A stretch of 41,914 bases of DNA, from the NCBI GenBank assembly GCA_041305785.1, contig JBFYKS010000222.1:1-41914 (forward strand), written 5' to 3'. Position 1 is the first letter of the stretch, and each line of letters opens with the position of its first letter. The notes beneath the pieces were generated by a model, which did no database searches, was not told the DNA's origin, and saw only the letters and a program-made list of their open reading frames with translations. This document shows positions 1 through 10,695 of this stretch, piece after piece. Both the position numbers and the translations under genes were made by a program. The stretch comes from Methanoregula sp. GTDB taxonomy: Archaea; Halobacteriota; Methanomicrobia; Methanomicrobiales; Methanospirillaceae.

Positions 1-2164
1 TCATCTGGATAGCATTGGTCATGACCGGAAGTGACATACCGGTCACATCCGGGTTGGTATATTCGATGTAATAAACCATTGAAGGCTCGGTCATGGAGCC
101 ATCGAAATTATGCAGCCGTGAAATTGTTGTCAGGTAATAGTCCTGCTTATTGAGCAGGGCCGGCTGGAAACTGGTCATGCTGTTGTCTGCCGGTGTAAGG
201 AGGGTCATCTGGTACGGGGCGGTAGACACGGTGTCATTGTACCATGTGGCCATTGCCCAGAATTTGCCGGAGTCCATCTCGATATCCGTCATGATATACC
301 GGGTTCCCAGCACGTCTCCAATAGCATTCGTGGTATCTTCGGATGTCGACATGAAGTATGCTGCGGCTCCATCATCTCCTGCAACGCCCTGCTGGAACGG
401 GTTTGCATTAGGAATGCGTTTGGCAATATACGTAATCAGGTGACCATAGTCCCACCAGGACATTACGCCGTATGCGTGCTCAGGATACTGGAATGTGTTC
501 TTATCATAGATCTTGTTGTAATCAAGACCGGGATCCGGCGTATTGCCCTCCATCCATTCGAGCGACTCCTTCCAGTCTGCATTCATCTGGTACCCTCCGG
601 AAGAAACATTAGTAAATGTCAATGAAACCGAAGTATAGACAAAGAGCAGACTGATACCAACAACCGCAATGGCTGCTGCAATGAAAAGATAATTCGGCAT
701 TGTGGCGCCCGGGCTCTTCTTTGAACTTCGTTTTGCCTTTTTACTGCGACTGCCTGCACTCTCGTGATCATCCTGGTTTTTCTGGTCTCCATGGCCGTTA
801 GCTTGGGTTTGAGCGAGTAAGCGGCGGATCTCCGGGCTGCAATGCTCAAGGACAAAACTCGCCGTTACCGCGGAGAGTAATGCGATATTGATTGCAAGAT
901 AGTACTCGTACCTGACATGCTGGATGGTGGATGCCAGCATGATGAGCGACCAGACAAGGGCGAAGACATGTTCCGGGTGCTCGTTCCGGGCATTCTTGTA
1001 GATCATGACAATGATACCGGTAACGAGGAGTATGAGACCGTAATTGAACGTCACCCACGCCATCTCTGCAGTCCATCCCCGGGCTTCCTGGACGGTATCG
1101 GTCACCGGCGCCTGTCCGAAGAATGAGAACATGCTGTAAATGAGCAGGTTGTAGATCTGTGGACTTAAGAGATACAATATGATTACAACGACAATCCCAC
1201 ATCCTGCGAGCACTGCGGGATACAGGATCCTGTCCCTGCCTTTCAGGTAAACCTGCATGAGATAAAGCAGACCAGTTCCCGCGATCATCCCAACATACGC
1301 AAAGATATGCCCAATAGTGTAAGCGGACAGGTTAATCCCCTCATTTTTAAAACCGAATGCGGCAAGACCGATGATTGCGATGATGAATATAACGGTATTA
1401 ATGAGAAGGAGGTATTCACTTGTCCGGTTCTTGTACACATCAATCACGAACTGGATGACGGTGAAGATCCCTGCAATCATGGCAAAGAGGATCATCGTTG
1501 GCATAACAAAGAGGCCAAGCAGGTAGGCGATTCCGGCGAGGCACGCAAAGAGGAGTGTCTTTTTATACGTTGTGAAGTTCGTCAGATCCGTCTTCTGGTC
1601 CTTCTCGGAAAGGAGTGCATACATGTAGAACAGGCAGAAAATGGTAGAAAACAACACTTCTGCAACGTGGTGGTCGATATAACCATAGAACGAACGGTAG
1701 TAGAACTGGCCGGTTATGATCGCAGTAAACCCGGAAGCAAGGAGCCCTGTCTTCCAGTCCCCGCAGGTCTTCCCGACAAAATACATCACGGCAACCGTTG
1801 CCGCACCCAGGATCGGTCCGGTAATGAGGGCAATGCCGATGATTTCAGGCCGGGTTGTTGCCCCGGTAATCATGCAGAAAAAGGCAATGATCATGGGGAA
1901 CAGGGGGCCCCAGTAGATATTCGACCCGAACGGGTACAGGGTCATGGGATCGAACCATGCATACTGCAAATTATTGGCAAGCATTTGTTCGGTCTGGCGG
2001 AGATTATAGAGCGGGTCATCGGGTGCCACCATCGATAACAGATCCGTATTGCCTCCCATTGCAAACATTGGAAGGAGACGCAGCCAGAGCGCAAAAAGCG
2101 AGAAGAACGCCACAAGCCCGAATATTAAATAGGAACGATTATTTTTGAGATCGAACGCCACCAT
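1..2164 (-). CDS. aglB: Archaeal oligosaccharyltransferase AglB (STT3 family); 3' end lies beyond the left edge
   Basis: Not in the ORF track. Manual translation from ATG at 2164 gives MVAFDLKNNRSYLIFGLVAFFSLFALWLRLLP...DDPLYNLRQ...WFDPMTLYPFGSNIYWGPLFP. The same frame gives YGVMSWWDYGHLITY (WWDYG at about 443-457), NPFQQG and the DK-type motif EMDSGKFWAM. Confidence 0.95.
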   Translation of the reverse strand, partial: MVAFDLKNNRSYLIFGLVAFFSLFALWLRLLPMFAMGGNTDLLSMVAPDDPLYNLRQTEQMLANNLQYAWFDPMTLYPFGSNIYWGPLFPMIIAFFCMITGATTRPEIIGIALITGPILGAATVAVMYFVGKTCGDWKTGLLASGFTAIITGQFYYRSFYGYIDHHVAEVLFSTIFCLFYMYALLSEKDQKTDLTNFTTYKKTLLFACLAGIAYLLGLFVMPTMILFAMIAGIFTVIQFVIDVYKNRTSEYLLLINTVIFIIAIIGLAAFGFKNEGINLSAYTIGHIFAYVGMIAGTGLLYLMQVYLKGRDRILYPAVLAGCGIVVVIILYLLSPQIYNLLIYSMFSFFGQAPVTDTVQEARGWTAEMAWVTFNYGLILLVTGIIVMIYKNARNEHPEHVFALVWSLIMLASTIQHVRYEYYLAINIALLSAVTASFVLEHCSPEIRRLLAQTQANGHGDQKNQDDHESAGSRSKKAKRSSKKSPGATMPNYLFIAAAIAVVGISLLFVYTSVSLTFTNVSSGGYQMNADWKESLEWMEGNTPDPGLDYNKIYDKNTFQYPEHAYGVMSWWDYGHLITYIAKRIPNANPFQQGVAGDDGAAAYFMSTSEDTTNAIGDVLGTRYIMTDIEMDSGKFWAMATWYNDTVSTAPYQMTLLTPADNSMTSFQPALLNKQDYYLTTISRLHNFDGSMTEPSMVYYIEYTNPDVTGMSLPVMTNAIQM

Positions 2165-2224
2165 GAAATCAACCTTTTCTTTATTAGTATAATTCGGTTG
2201 AACTCATTAATAAATATGGTAAAT

Positions 2225-3358
2225 CTACAGAATGCATTTTAATTCGGCTTCAAACTGGCGTGATTTCTCCTTCCAGCTGTGGTTCTCAAGGTTGATGGAA
2301 TACGTTACGGGATCTTCCATCAGCGTCCTGATATGGTCAATATATTCTTTCTGCGTCCGGTATACCCGGAGGTGGGGCCCCCCGATCCGCGTCACATCGG
2401 GGATCGGTCGCATGATGATGGGTTTTCCGCACGCTGAATATTCAAAGAATTTATTGGGAAGAGCGATATCGCCCCATTGCGGGGGGGATAAGGGAATCGT
2501 GCAGGCATCCATGCAGGCAATATAGCGGGGCAACTCCTGGTAGGGTTTCGTGCCGGTAAAAATCACCCGGTCAATAACGCCCATGCCCTCTGCAAGTGAC
2601 CGGAGTTCGTCCTGGTAGCCGGTAAAAAGGGATCCTCCAACTATCAGCAACCGTGTTTTCGGCCGGATTTGCAGGATTTCCGGAAGGGCACGAATCATCT
2701 CGTCGAGCGCATACCAGCGCTCAACACTGCCGGAGAATCCGATGACAAATTCATCCTCTCCTATGCCAAGTTCCCTCCTTGTATCCCCTCCCTCCATAGG
2801 CCTGAAAATGTCCGTATCCACGCCATTGGTAATCAGGCCGGCAGAAAAGCCAAGCCCGCTCAGTTTTTCAACCAATGATGGAGAAACCGTGGTGATCCTG
2901 TCAGATCGCGAGAGATTATGCCGGGTAATTGCCCAGACACTTTTTCGAACAAGCTCCTGTAAAAACGAGTTCTTGAAATATGCGGCAGCAGAGTCCGGAA
3001 ACCAGTCCTTGAGATCGAACAGGACCGGAACATGATATTTCTTTGCAGCACGGATTACGGCGGTACCTGCAAGGACGTTTGCTGCAACGATTACATCAAA
3101 TCCACCATCCCGCACGAGCTGGTTGAACCAGTAGAAATGATACGGTGCATTGAATGTGTAATGCAACAAGGGACTCTTTAGGGAAAACTGGGTTGCCTCC
3201 TCAACCTTTAACCGGGTCGGTCGTGCCTCACACCGGCTGACATGGAAGTGTGCAACATGCACTTCGTGGCGCGTTGCCATATCCTCGAAAATATAGTGAT
3301 GCCGGGATGGTATCGGGTGATGGATGTAGTCCTGGGTTGATACGAGGAGGATCTTCAT
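2225..3358 (-). CDS. Glycosyltransferase family 4 (GT-B fold)
   Basis: [32 protein letters not shown] motifs. Start MKILLVST at 3358 forms an ATGA overlap with the upstream stop. Confidence 0.9.
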   Translation of the reverse strand: MKILLVSTQDYIHHPIPSRHHYIFEDMATRHEVHVAHFHVSRCEARPTRLKVEEATQFSLKSPLLHYTFNAPYHFYWFNQLVRDGGFDVIVAANVLAGTAVIRAAKKYHVPVLFDLKDWFPDSAAAYFKNSFLQELVRKSVWAITRHNLSRSDRITTVSPSLVEKLSGLGFSAGLITNGVDTDIFRPMEGGDTRRELGIGEDEFVIGFSGSVERWYALDEMIRALPEILQIRPKTRLLIVGGSLFTGYQDELRSLAEGMGVIDRVIFTGTKPYQELPRYIACMDACTIPLSPPQWGDIALPNKFFEYSACGKPIIMRPIPDVTRIGGPHLRVYRTQKEYIDHIRTLMEDPVTYSINLENHSWKEKSRQFEAELKCIL

Positions 3359-4020
3359 AGTTTTTTTAAACAACTCCGATCTGCAGGGGGTACAAGGTTT
3401 CCTGCCCTATTATGGTTCGTGGGAAGATTGCCGGTCATCTGGCGCGGGAGGTCTTTGATCCTTGCCGGAGAACCTATTGCAAGCATATGGTCTGGAACAT
3501 CCCGCGTCACCACGGCGCCGGCAGCAACCAGGGCCCCTTCTCCTATACATACCCCGGGAACAAGGGTGGTATTGGCACCAATTGCGGCGCCTTTTTTGAT
3601 ACGTGGTCCTTTCAGCCCCCCGATACGGGAAGGGGGATACCGGTCATTGGTGAGGACCGTGTTCGGCCCGATGAAAACAAAATCCTCGATGATGGTATCG
3701 GTCGGGATATAGACCATGCTCTGCAGGCTGACGTTATTGCCGATGCTGCAGTTCCCTTCGATGACGGTGGCAGTGCCAATGGCTACCTGGTTGCCAATAC
3801 GGGTTTTCTCGCGGATAACGACATTGTGTCCGGTCTGGAAATCGTCGCCGATCTCGACATCGCAATAGATGATGGTTCCTGACCGCAGTACAGCATTCTT
3901 TCCAATAGTAGTGCCAGGAAAATCGGTCTTGTTGAGGTTATCCCGCGAGGGAAATCCAAGAGTTACCGGCTCGAAAATCTGAACATTCTGTCCGATGGTA
4001 TTTTTTCCATATTCTTTCAT
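3355..4020 (-). CDS. Hexapeptide-repeat (left-handed beta-helix) sugar N-acyltransferase, WbpD/DapH-like
   Basis: Hexapeptide repeats, [14 protein letters not shown] and [18 protein letters not shown]...GSPAR. Confidence 0.85.
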   Translation of the reverse strand: MKEYGKNTIGQNVQIFEPVTLGFPSRDNLNKTDFPGTTIGKNAVLRSGTIIYCDVEIGDDFQTGHNVVIREKTRIGNQVAIGTATVIEGNCSIGNNVSLQSMVYIPTDTIIEDFVFIGPNTVLTNDRYPPSRIGGLKGPRIKKGAAIGANTTLVPGVCIGEGALVAAGAVVTRDVPDHMLAIGSPARIKDLPRQMTGNLPTNHNRAGNLVPPADRSCLKKL

Positions 4021-5762
4021 TCCACGGTCACGCTCTTTGCAAGGTTTCTTGGTTTATCCACGTCACATCCCATGGCAACTGCAGTATGATATGCGAGAAG
4101 CTGGAGAACGACAAGGGCGCAAAGCACCTGTACGAACACCGGGGCCTGGGGGATGCTAATGAAAATATCGGCAATATCCGCAAGTTCGGTGTCAGCACCA
4201 CAACCCAGAGCAATTACCGGTGCACCCCTTGCTTTCATCTCTTTGATATTGGAAAGCATCACACCATACGTCTCCCCCGGCATGCAGAGGGCAATGACTG
4301 GTGTTTCGGTGGATAAGAGTGCAAAGGGCCCATGTTTCAACTCTCCGGCCGCATATCCTTCTGCGTGGATGTAGGAGATCTCTTTCATCTTGAGTGCGCC
4401 CTCCAGGGCAACCGGATAAAACGGGCCACGGCCAACATAAAAGATGCTTGACGCATCCCTGCACAGGCTGACCACTTCTGTAAGATCCATGAGGAGAACT
4501 TCCTCAATTGCCTGGTGGGCTCGCTGGAGCATATCATCACACTTCCTGCCACAAACGCAGTTAGCGATCTGCATCAGTACGGCCAGCTGTGCAATAAAGG
4601 ATTTTGTGGCGGCAACACTGATCTCGGGTCCTGCCCGCATGAAGATGGTGGTATCTGCGGTTCTGCTGATGGTACTACCAAGCACATTGGTGATGGCAAG
4701 TGTCCTGCAGTTATGTGCTCTTGCCTGCCGGAGTGCCATGAGGGTATCTGCAGTCTCACCGGATTGCGTTATCCCGATCACGAGCCCCTCGATTGGGGGA
4801 GGGAAGTACCGGAACTCTGATGCATATTCCATCCTGACGGGGATCCCACAGGATCCTTCGAGAAGATACTTAAAGATGAGTCCTGCATTAAACGAAGATC
4901 CGCATGCAACAACCGTTATGGTTCCGGGATTTTTGAGGGTTTTTGGCAGGGCCTCCATATCGACAGACTGGATGGTATTGTAGAATGCGAGCGGTTGTTC
5001 GTATATCTCCTTGAGCATGAAATGCGGGTATCCGCCCTTTTTAACATCCTCAAGTGACCAGTCAATTAATTCCACTTCGCGATTGACGGGCTTTGCCTGA
5101 TTAAATATGTCAACCTTCACCTGGGTGATGGACGCAACATCTCCGTCCTCCAGAAAGATGGCCCGCTCGGTATGTTCGATGAGGGGCGTCATATCTGAAG
5201 CGGTGAAGTTCTCCCCATCTCCGATGCCAATGACCAGCGGGCTTGACTGTCGAACCGCGATAAGGCGTTCTTCTGCGGGGGTCATTACGAGGAGGGCAAA
5301 AGACCCTTTAAGTAACGGGACCACTTCCCCAACTGCCACAAGCAGGTCTTGTTTCCTGCGATATGCTTCTTCGATGAGATGAACGATAACTTCTGTATCA
5401 GTATCGGATTTGAACACATGCCCGCGGGCAAGAAGCTGGCGTTTGAGCTCGCTGTAATTTTCAATAATACCGTTATGGACAAGCGCTATTTTTTCCGTAC
5501 AGTCTGTATGGGGGTGGGCATTTGCATCGTTTGGGATACCATGGGTGGCCCACCGTGTATGACCAATACCGGCCTTCCCTTTCAGGTGGAGTGCTGCGCC
5601 GGCATTTTCCGTGATCCGCCCTTTATGTTTGTCAAGGCAGAGCACATCTCCCATCGTGGCAACACCAAAAGAGTCGTAGCCGCGATATTCGAGTTTTTTC
5701 AAACCTTCGACAATGACCGGGGCCGCCTCCCGCCGCCCGATATACCCGACGATTCCACACAC
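4017..5762 (-). CDS. glmS: Glutamine--fructose-6-phosphate transaminase (isomerizing)
   Basis: N-terminal [32 protein letters not shown]-terminal [11 protein letters not shown]; GTG start. Confidence 0.98.
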   Translation of the reverse strand: MCGIVGYIGRREAAPVIVEGLKKLEYRGYDSFGVATMGDVLCLDKHKGRITENAGAALHLKGKAGIGHTRWATHGIPNDANAHPHTDCTEKIALVHNGIIENYSELKRQLLARGHVFKSDTDTEVIVHLIEEAYRRKQDLLVAVGEVVPLLKGSFALLVMTPAEERLIAVRQSSPLVIGIGDGENFTASDMTPLIEHTERAIFLEDGDVASITQVKVDIFNQAKPVNREVELIDWSLEDVKKGGYPHFMLKEIYEQPLAFYNTIQSVDMEALPKTLKNPGTITVVACGSSFNAGLIFKYLLEGSCGIPVRMEYASEFRYFPPPIEGLVIGITQSGETADTLMALRQARAHNCRTLAITNVLGSTISRTADTTIFMRAGPEISVAATKSFIAQLAVLMQIANCVCGRKCDDMLQRAHQAIEEVLLMDLTEVVSLCRDASSIFYVGRGPFYPVALEGALKMKEISYIHAEGYAAGELKHGPFALLSTETPVIALCMPGETYGVMLSNIKEMKARGAPVIALGCGADTELADIADIFISIPQAPVFVQVLCALVVLQLLAYHTAVAMGCDVDKPRNLAKSVTVE

Positions 5763-5763
5763 G

Positions 5764-6918
5764 TTATACCACCGTGGATCCGTCCGGAATGATCCGTGAC
5801 GTAATGCGACTCTGCCCCTCGATATTGACGTTATTACCCAGTATTGAATTTTGAAATGTTGAAAACGGCCCGCTCATTACAGTGTCACCCAGAATCGCAC
5901 CGAATTCTGACCGTATGGCAGAGCCCTCGATCTCCATCAGGCCGGTTGATATGGATGCAGAAGTGTGATCGGCAAGCAAGCACCGTTCACCAATAATGGT
6001 GTTCACCATTCTTGAGTGAGATCCGATGGATGTATCATCCATGATAAGGCAGTCACCAAGCAGGGTGAAGGGCTCAAGGGTCACCCGCGAACCAATGCTG
6101 GTATTTGGCAGGATGCAGCAGTTTGGTCCAATAGTGCAATCATTCCCAATCACCACCGGCCCGGTTATTACGGTGTTGGGCCCGATGGTGGATCCTTTTC
6201 CAATATGCACTACGCCCGATATAATGGCCTGCCTGCTGGTGATCCCTTCACGACCCGGTGATATTTGGTGTAACAGGCGCCGGTTCATCTTGAGGAGATC
6301 CCAAGCGAAGATTGCGTCCTGCCAGTCATCTGCAGGAACACCCTGCACCCGTATACCCTGTTGGATCATGGCCGCTATTGCATCCGTGAGGTCATTTCCT
6401 TTGATGTAAGAGAAGATCTCTTTTTTAAGCGAGTATATCCCGGTACTGACCATCAGGCTCTGGGCGTGTTCAGGCTTTTCCACGATCTCCATGACATACC
6501 CGTCCTGTAACATCACCACCCCGAAGTTTGAAGGATTGGGGTGTTCCCGTACGAGCATCGCATTCGATTTCCCCAATATCCGTGCAATTGAGTGGGGGTC
6601 GATGTAATTATCCCCGGGCAGGACAAGGAAATCTCCCGTTATCTTTGACTCTGCGCACTGGAGGGCATGGGCGGTGCCCAGTTGTTTTGGCTGGATGACA
6701 ACCTCAACGGGAACCTCGAGTTGGTTTAAGAACCGGATCACCTGTTCCTTCCGGTAACCCGCAACTACGATGATATCCCGGATGCCGTTTTTCAAAAGCG
6801 CATCGATGACATATTCGATGATAGGACGGTTTGCAACCGGGATAAGCGCTTTTGGCCTGCTCCTCGTTAACGGTCGCACTCGCTTTCCTTCTCCTGCTGC
6901 CAGAATTACTGCCTGCAT
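5764..6918 (-). CDS. GlmU-like sugar-1-phosphate nucleotidylyltransferase with LbH domain (second, diverged copy)
   Basis: MQAVILAAGEGKRVRPLTRSRPK, QLGTAHA, VEKP, C-terminal hexapeptide repeats. True start is probably ATG 6918 rather than 6999. Confidence 0.88.
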   Translation of the reverse strand: MQAVILAAGEGKRVRPLTRSRPKALIPVANRPIIEYVIDALLKNGIRDIIVVAGYRKEQVIRFLNQLEVPVEVVIQPKQLGTAHALQCAESKITGDFLVLPGDNYIDPHSIARILGKSNAMLVREHPNPSNFGVVMLQDGYVMEIVEKPEHAQSLMVSTGIYSLKKEIFSYIKGNDLTDAIAAMIQQGIRVQGVPADDWQDAIFAWDLLKMNRRLLHQISPGREGITSRQAIISGVVHIGKGSTIGPNTVITGPVVIGNDCTIGPNCCILPNTSIGSRVTLEPFTLLGDCLIMDDTSIGSHSRMVNTIIGERCLLADHTSASISTGLMEIEGSAIRSEFGAILGDTVMSGPFSTFQNSILGNNVNIEGQSRITSRIIPDGSTVV

Positions 6919-6925
6919 AATACTC

Positions 6926-8125
6926 CTACCGGATAATCGCTTTATCTCCAATACATCCTTCAATATACGTGTTTGGCCCAAAGAGGGCATTGCTGCCAAT
7001 CATTGTTCCTACATTGACTGAGCAGTTGATACCAAACTGAACCTCATCGCCAACAATGGCACCAAATTTTTTCCTCCGGGTATCCTTCCCGCAGATCCTG
7101 ACTGTAGCGTGATCGTGACGGAGGTTGGCAATCTTGGTCCCGGCCCCGAAGTTGCAACCCGACCCTATGATGGAATCGCCAATATAGTTAAAATGCGGAA
7201 TTTTTGTCCCGCTCATTATGATGGAGTTTTTCAGTTCGGAGCAATGTCCGACATGACAATCATCGCCAATGCTGGTTGCACCCCGAATATATGCATGGGG
7301 GCCGATACGGCAGTTCTTCCCGATGATACAGGGGCCTTCGATGTACGTGCCGGCTTTTATAATACTCCCTTCACCTACAACAACAACTCCCTTGAGGGAC
7401 ACCCCCTCTTCGATTGTTCCGTGATTTTCTGACAGTATGTGCCCAATCAGGGTATTATTGGCATCAAGCATGTCCCACGGATGTCCCACGTCCATCCAGT
7501 ACGACAGGTGATAGGCATGGAGTAATTTTTTGGCAATGAGTTCAGTAAGGGCATCGGTGAGTTCCAGTTCTCCTCTGGGTGACGGTTTGACACAATCTAT
7601 CATCCCGAAGATGTCTGTATCGAACAGGTACGCTCCGGCATTGATGAGGTTGGACTTTGGTTTTTGAGACTTCTCCTCAAGCGATGTGATCAGGCCGTTT
7701 TCGGTGAGTACAACCCCGTAATCCTGCGGGTGATCGGTCGTGCTCACTCCCATGCAGGGGGAGGATTCACGGGCTAAATTCGCGATATCTTCGGATTTGA
7801 GGATCATGTCGCCATTCAGGACCAGAAACGTGTCTGTTACGAGTTCCCGGGCTGCCCTGACAGCATCAGCGGTCCCGTTCTGCTGGCGTTGTGGTGCATA
7901 ATTCACATGGATGCCCCACGCAGATCCATCTCCAAAATGCCTGCGAATCTCGCGTTCCCCATATCCTACGACAAACACAAAATCGTTAATCCCGGCGTCG
8001 CGGGCGGCAATGACGAGGTGCTCCAGCATCGGCCGGTTGACCAGAGGGAGCATAACCTTCGGGCGCTTCGCCGTGAGTGGGCGCATCCGCTTCCCCTCCC
8101 CCGCAGCGAGAACGACACATTCCAT
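6926..8125 (-). CDS. glmU: Bifunctional GlcNAc-1-P uridylyltransferase / GlcN-1-P acetyltransferase (archaeal GlmU)
   Basis: LAAGEGKRMRPLT..RPK, SPRGELELTDA, PHFNYIGDS, NFGAGTKIANLRHD, RRKKFGAIVGD. Confidence 0.92.
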   Translation of the reverse strand: MECVVLAAGEGKRMRPLTAKRPKVMLPLVNRPMLEHLVIAARDAGINDFVFVVGYGEREIRRHFGDGSAWGIHVNYAPQRQQNGTADAVRAARELVTDTFLVLNGDMILKSEDIANLARESSPCMGVSTTDHPQDYGVVLTENGLITSLEEKSQKPKSNLINAGAYLFDTDIFGMIDCVKPSPRGELELTDALTELIAKKLLHAYHLSYWMDVGHPWDMLDANNTLIGHILSENHGTIEEGVSLKGVVVVGEGSIIKAGTYIEGPCIIGKNCRIGPHAYIRGATSIGDDCHVGHCSELKNSIIMSGTKIPHFNYIGDSIIGSGCNFGAGTKIANLRHDHATVRICGKDTRRKKFGAIVGDEVQFGINCSVNVGTMIGSNALFGPNTYIEGCIGDKAIIR

Positions 8126-8148
8126 ACGTACAGCTCTTCTTACAACAT

Positions 8149-9399
8149 TTAAGCAGTTTTCCCCTGCTTTATGTGGGCTTTAGCCTTTGCCAGCATCGTT
8201 TTTGCATCCTGCCGGGTTTTTCCTTCTGCGGTGATCCGGATCTTCGGCTCTGTCCCGCTTGCCCGGATGAGATACCATCCCTCCTCTTCAGAAACCCGTA
8301 TGCCATCCGTGGGGCTTGTCGCTCCAAGCGCCAGTAATGTTTCCCGGGCAGACGGGCTTGCGAACGACTCCCTGATAATCGGGTAGGCTGGCATGGCATC
8401 AATCATCTCTGCAACATTCCCCTGCGATGCAATCTCGCAGAAGAGGGCAGCTGCAAACGGACCATCCGGGCATAACGAGATCTTCGGGAAGATCCATGCA
8501 CCCGATGGCTCGCCACCAAAGTCTCCCCATGCGAGGAGTTCTTCGGAAACAAAGGCATCCCCCACCGGAGTCCTCCGGACTTCTGCGATCTCATCGATGA
8601 TCATTGATGCGTCGCTCGTAGTGACAACGCGCTTTGCATCCAGATGCCCGGCAAAGAGCATCAGGAGATGATCTCCATCGATATACCGGCCTTTGTTGTC
8701 AAAGGCCATCATGCGGTCAGCATCCCCATCATGAACTACGGCACAATCTGCGCCGGTTTTCCGGATCATTTCTCCGATATATCCCAGATTCTCTATCAGT
8801 GGCTCGGAAGGGCGGGCAAAATGGCCAGATGGATTGGCATTCACGGTAATAACGCGGACACCGGCATCCGCCAGAAGCGAGGGGCTGAGCCGGCACCCGG
8901 CCCCGTTCCCGCAGTCAAGGATCGCCCTGATTGGCCTCTCAACCGCCACATGAGTCAGGATCGCTTCCTTGTGCTTTGATACGGCGTCGATCTCCCGTTC
9001 GCAGCCCCGGTCTTTCCAGTCAGTCCAGCGAGGGGCTTTCAGCAGGTCTTCCATCTCTGCCTGCTGCCTGCGGGTGAATGAGGATCCATCCGGATTGAAA
9101 AGCTTGAGGCCGTTGTACTCTTCTGGGTTGTGAGAGGCAGTTATCATGCATCCCGCTTTTACATCCCGGGTAGCATATGCAACGGTAGGCGTGGGAACCA
9201 TACCACAGATATGGGCAATCCCCCCGCTGCCAATGATTCCTGCGACGACCATATGTGCCAGAAGGGGACTGGTCGTCCGGGTGTCCATGCCAACAAGAAC
9301 GTCCTTTGAACGATAGGCAAGTGCCGAGCCTGCCGCGAGCGCAGTTTCAATCAGGACCTGATCGTATTTTCTTCGTATCCCGGAAGACCCGAAAAGCAT
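8149..9399 (-). CDS. glmM: Phosphoglucosamine mutase / alpha-D-phosphohexomutase
   Basis: MLFGSSGIR start (ATG 9399), catalytic TASHNP, metal loop DGDADR, GGEPSG, RASGTEPKIRI. Confidence 0.9.
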   Translation of the reverse strand: MLFGSSGIRRKYDQVLIETALAAGSALAYRSKDVLVGMDTRTTSPLLAHMVVAGIIGSGGIAHICGMVPTPTVAYATRDVKAGCMITASHNPEEYNGLKLFNPDGSSFTRRQQAEMEDLLKAPRWTDWKDRGCEREIDAVSKHKEAILTHVAVERPIRAILDCGNGAGCRLSPSLLADAGVRVITVNANPSGHFARPSEPLIENLGYIGEMIRKTGADCAVVHDGDADRMMAFDNKGRYIDGDHLLMLFAGHLDAKRVVTTSDASMIIDEIAEVRRTPVGDAFVSEELLAWGDFGGEPSGAWIFPKISLCPDGPFAAALFCEIASQGNVAEMIDAMPAYPIIRESFASPSARETLLALGATSPTDGIRVSEEEGWYLIRASGTEPKIRITAEGKTRQDAKTMLAKAKAHIKQGKTA

Positions 9400-9470
9400 A
9401 GTCCGGTATTGGTGTGCCCACCACATGATATTTCCGCTGTGACCGGGGTGCTGTGGAAGAAAATGGATGA

Positions 9471-10079
9471 TTAACTCTGCCCGTACGGGCACCAGTGCTC
9501 GAGCCCGTTCAACCGCGCCGTACCCGCGGTCGAAGGACCAATGCAGATGATCCGTGCTTTCTGTGCATACCTGCTGATGAGTTCACCGGCTTCCGGTAAA
9601 ATGAGCCCATCTCCTCCTATGAGGATGACCGCCGCAGATGAAGGATCTGTGGTGAAATGGATCCCTGGCAATGATTCCAGCGAATGCATTGTGCCGGTGA
9701 TATAGACCTGTTTTCCTGCAAGCTCCACTGCCAGATCCGCCCCGCATGATGTATGTGACGGCATGGCACATGGGTGCAGGGTTCGGGCAAGGCAGAAAAA
9801 ACCTGCTGCGACATTGATAATGGCTAAAGCTGCTCCCCGCACAGCAGGTGTATCAAGGGGTGCTCCAAACATGAACGAGATCTTTGTGCATGCCCGGATA
9901 GGGTCAAACGTAGTGAACACTCCTTGTTTTCTCCCGAATTCTGCGGTCATGCAGGCGCCTTTTTCATACCGGCAGTTCACCGAATCCGGATCGACATCCA
10001 GCTGGATGCCCCCGTCAGAACAACCCGAATGTTCAAGCAGGGTTTCGAGTTTTTTTACCGATTCGATCACAATGTCCAT
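9471..10079 (-). CDS. Hypothetical protein, DUF364-like Rossmann domain
   Basis: RGAALAIINV, VILIGGDGL and IICIGPSTAG resemble DUF364 proteins; co-oriented and closely spaced with neighbours. Confidence 0.55.
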   Translation of the reverse strand: MDIVIESVKKLETLLEHSGCSDGGIQLDVDPDSVNCRYEKGACMTAEFGRKQGVFTTFDPIRACTKISFMFGAPLDTPAVRGAALAIINVAAGFFCLARTLHPCAMPSHTSCGADLAVELAGKQVYITGTMHSLESLPGIHFTTDPSSAAVILIGGDGLILPEAGELISRYAQKARIICIGPSTAGTARLNGLEHWCPYGQS

Positions 10080-10092
10080 GAATTCACCCCAG

Positions 10093-10695
10093 TTATTTTT
10101 TGTTTAGAATTACCCGTGCGGGGCTTCCGTCAAGACCTTTGAGCCGCAGGGGGAGTGCGATCATCTCGTACGTTCCTTCCGGCACACCAGACAAGTCAAG
10201 AAGTTCGATGATGATGCAGTTGCTGCCCAGCAGGCAACGATGGACGCTGCCGTCACACGCATAGGATTCTATCGAAGGCGAATCGATGCCAACACAGGAA
10301 ACCCCGCAGGTGATGAGATATTCTGCAGCTTCAAGGCTTAATGACGGGTACTGTTCGATGAATGTGGTTTGCCCCGAATACGAGGTTTTGAGCAGGATGC
10401 GTTTCTTACCTTCAAGTCTCTCAAGAAGGTGCTTTTTGGTAATGATGCCTTGTACCAGGCCAAAGTCGATCACTTTACAGGTGCCAATCAGGCTCTGCAA
10501 GGGAACTGTATCAATGGTATCTCCGGTCTTGAGGTAATGCACCGGAGCATCGATATGCGTTCCGGTATGAGAACTCAGGTGCAGGTCGCTTATCAGGTAA
10601 TTCCCCGCATCCTTCTGGGAAAAACAGGGTTGAATATCCCCGGGATATACGAGCATCCCGGGAGCAAGGGGGCGGGTCACATCAAACCACTTCAT
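10093..10695 (-). CDS. Cyclase family / kynurenine formamidase-like metal hydrolase
   Basis: HTGTHIDAP, VGIDSPS, IIELLDL, PLRLKGLDGSPARV. Confidence 0.92.
   Translation of the reverse strand: MKWFDVTRPLAPGMLVYPGDIQPCFSQKDAGNYLISDLHLSSHTGTHIDAPVHYLKTGDTIDTVPLQSLIGTCKVIDFGLVQGIITKKHLLERLEGKKRILLKTSYSGQTTFIEQYPSLSLEAAEYLITCGVSCVGIDSPSIESYACDGSVHRCLLGSNCIIIELLDLSGVPEGTYEMIALPLRLKGLDGSPARVILNKK

Noticed and set aside
150-2148. Several ORF-track entries, including the 243-aa plus-strand ORF 1307-2038
   Set aside because: They are shadow or antisense frames of aglB, which occupies 1-2164 on the minus strand with a WWDYG motif.
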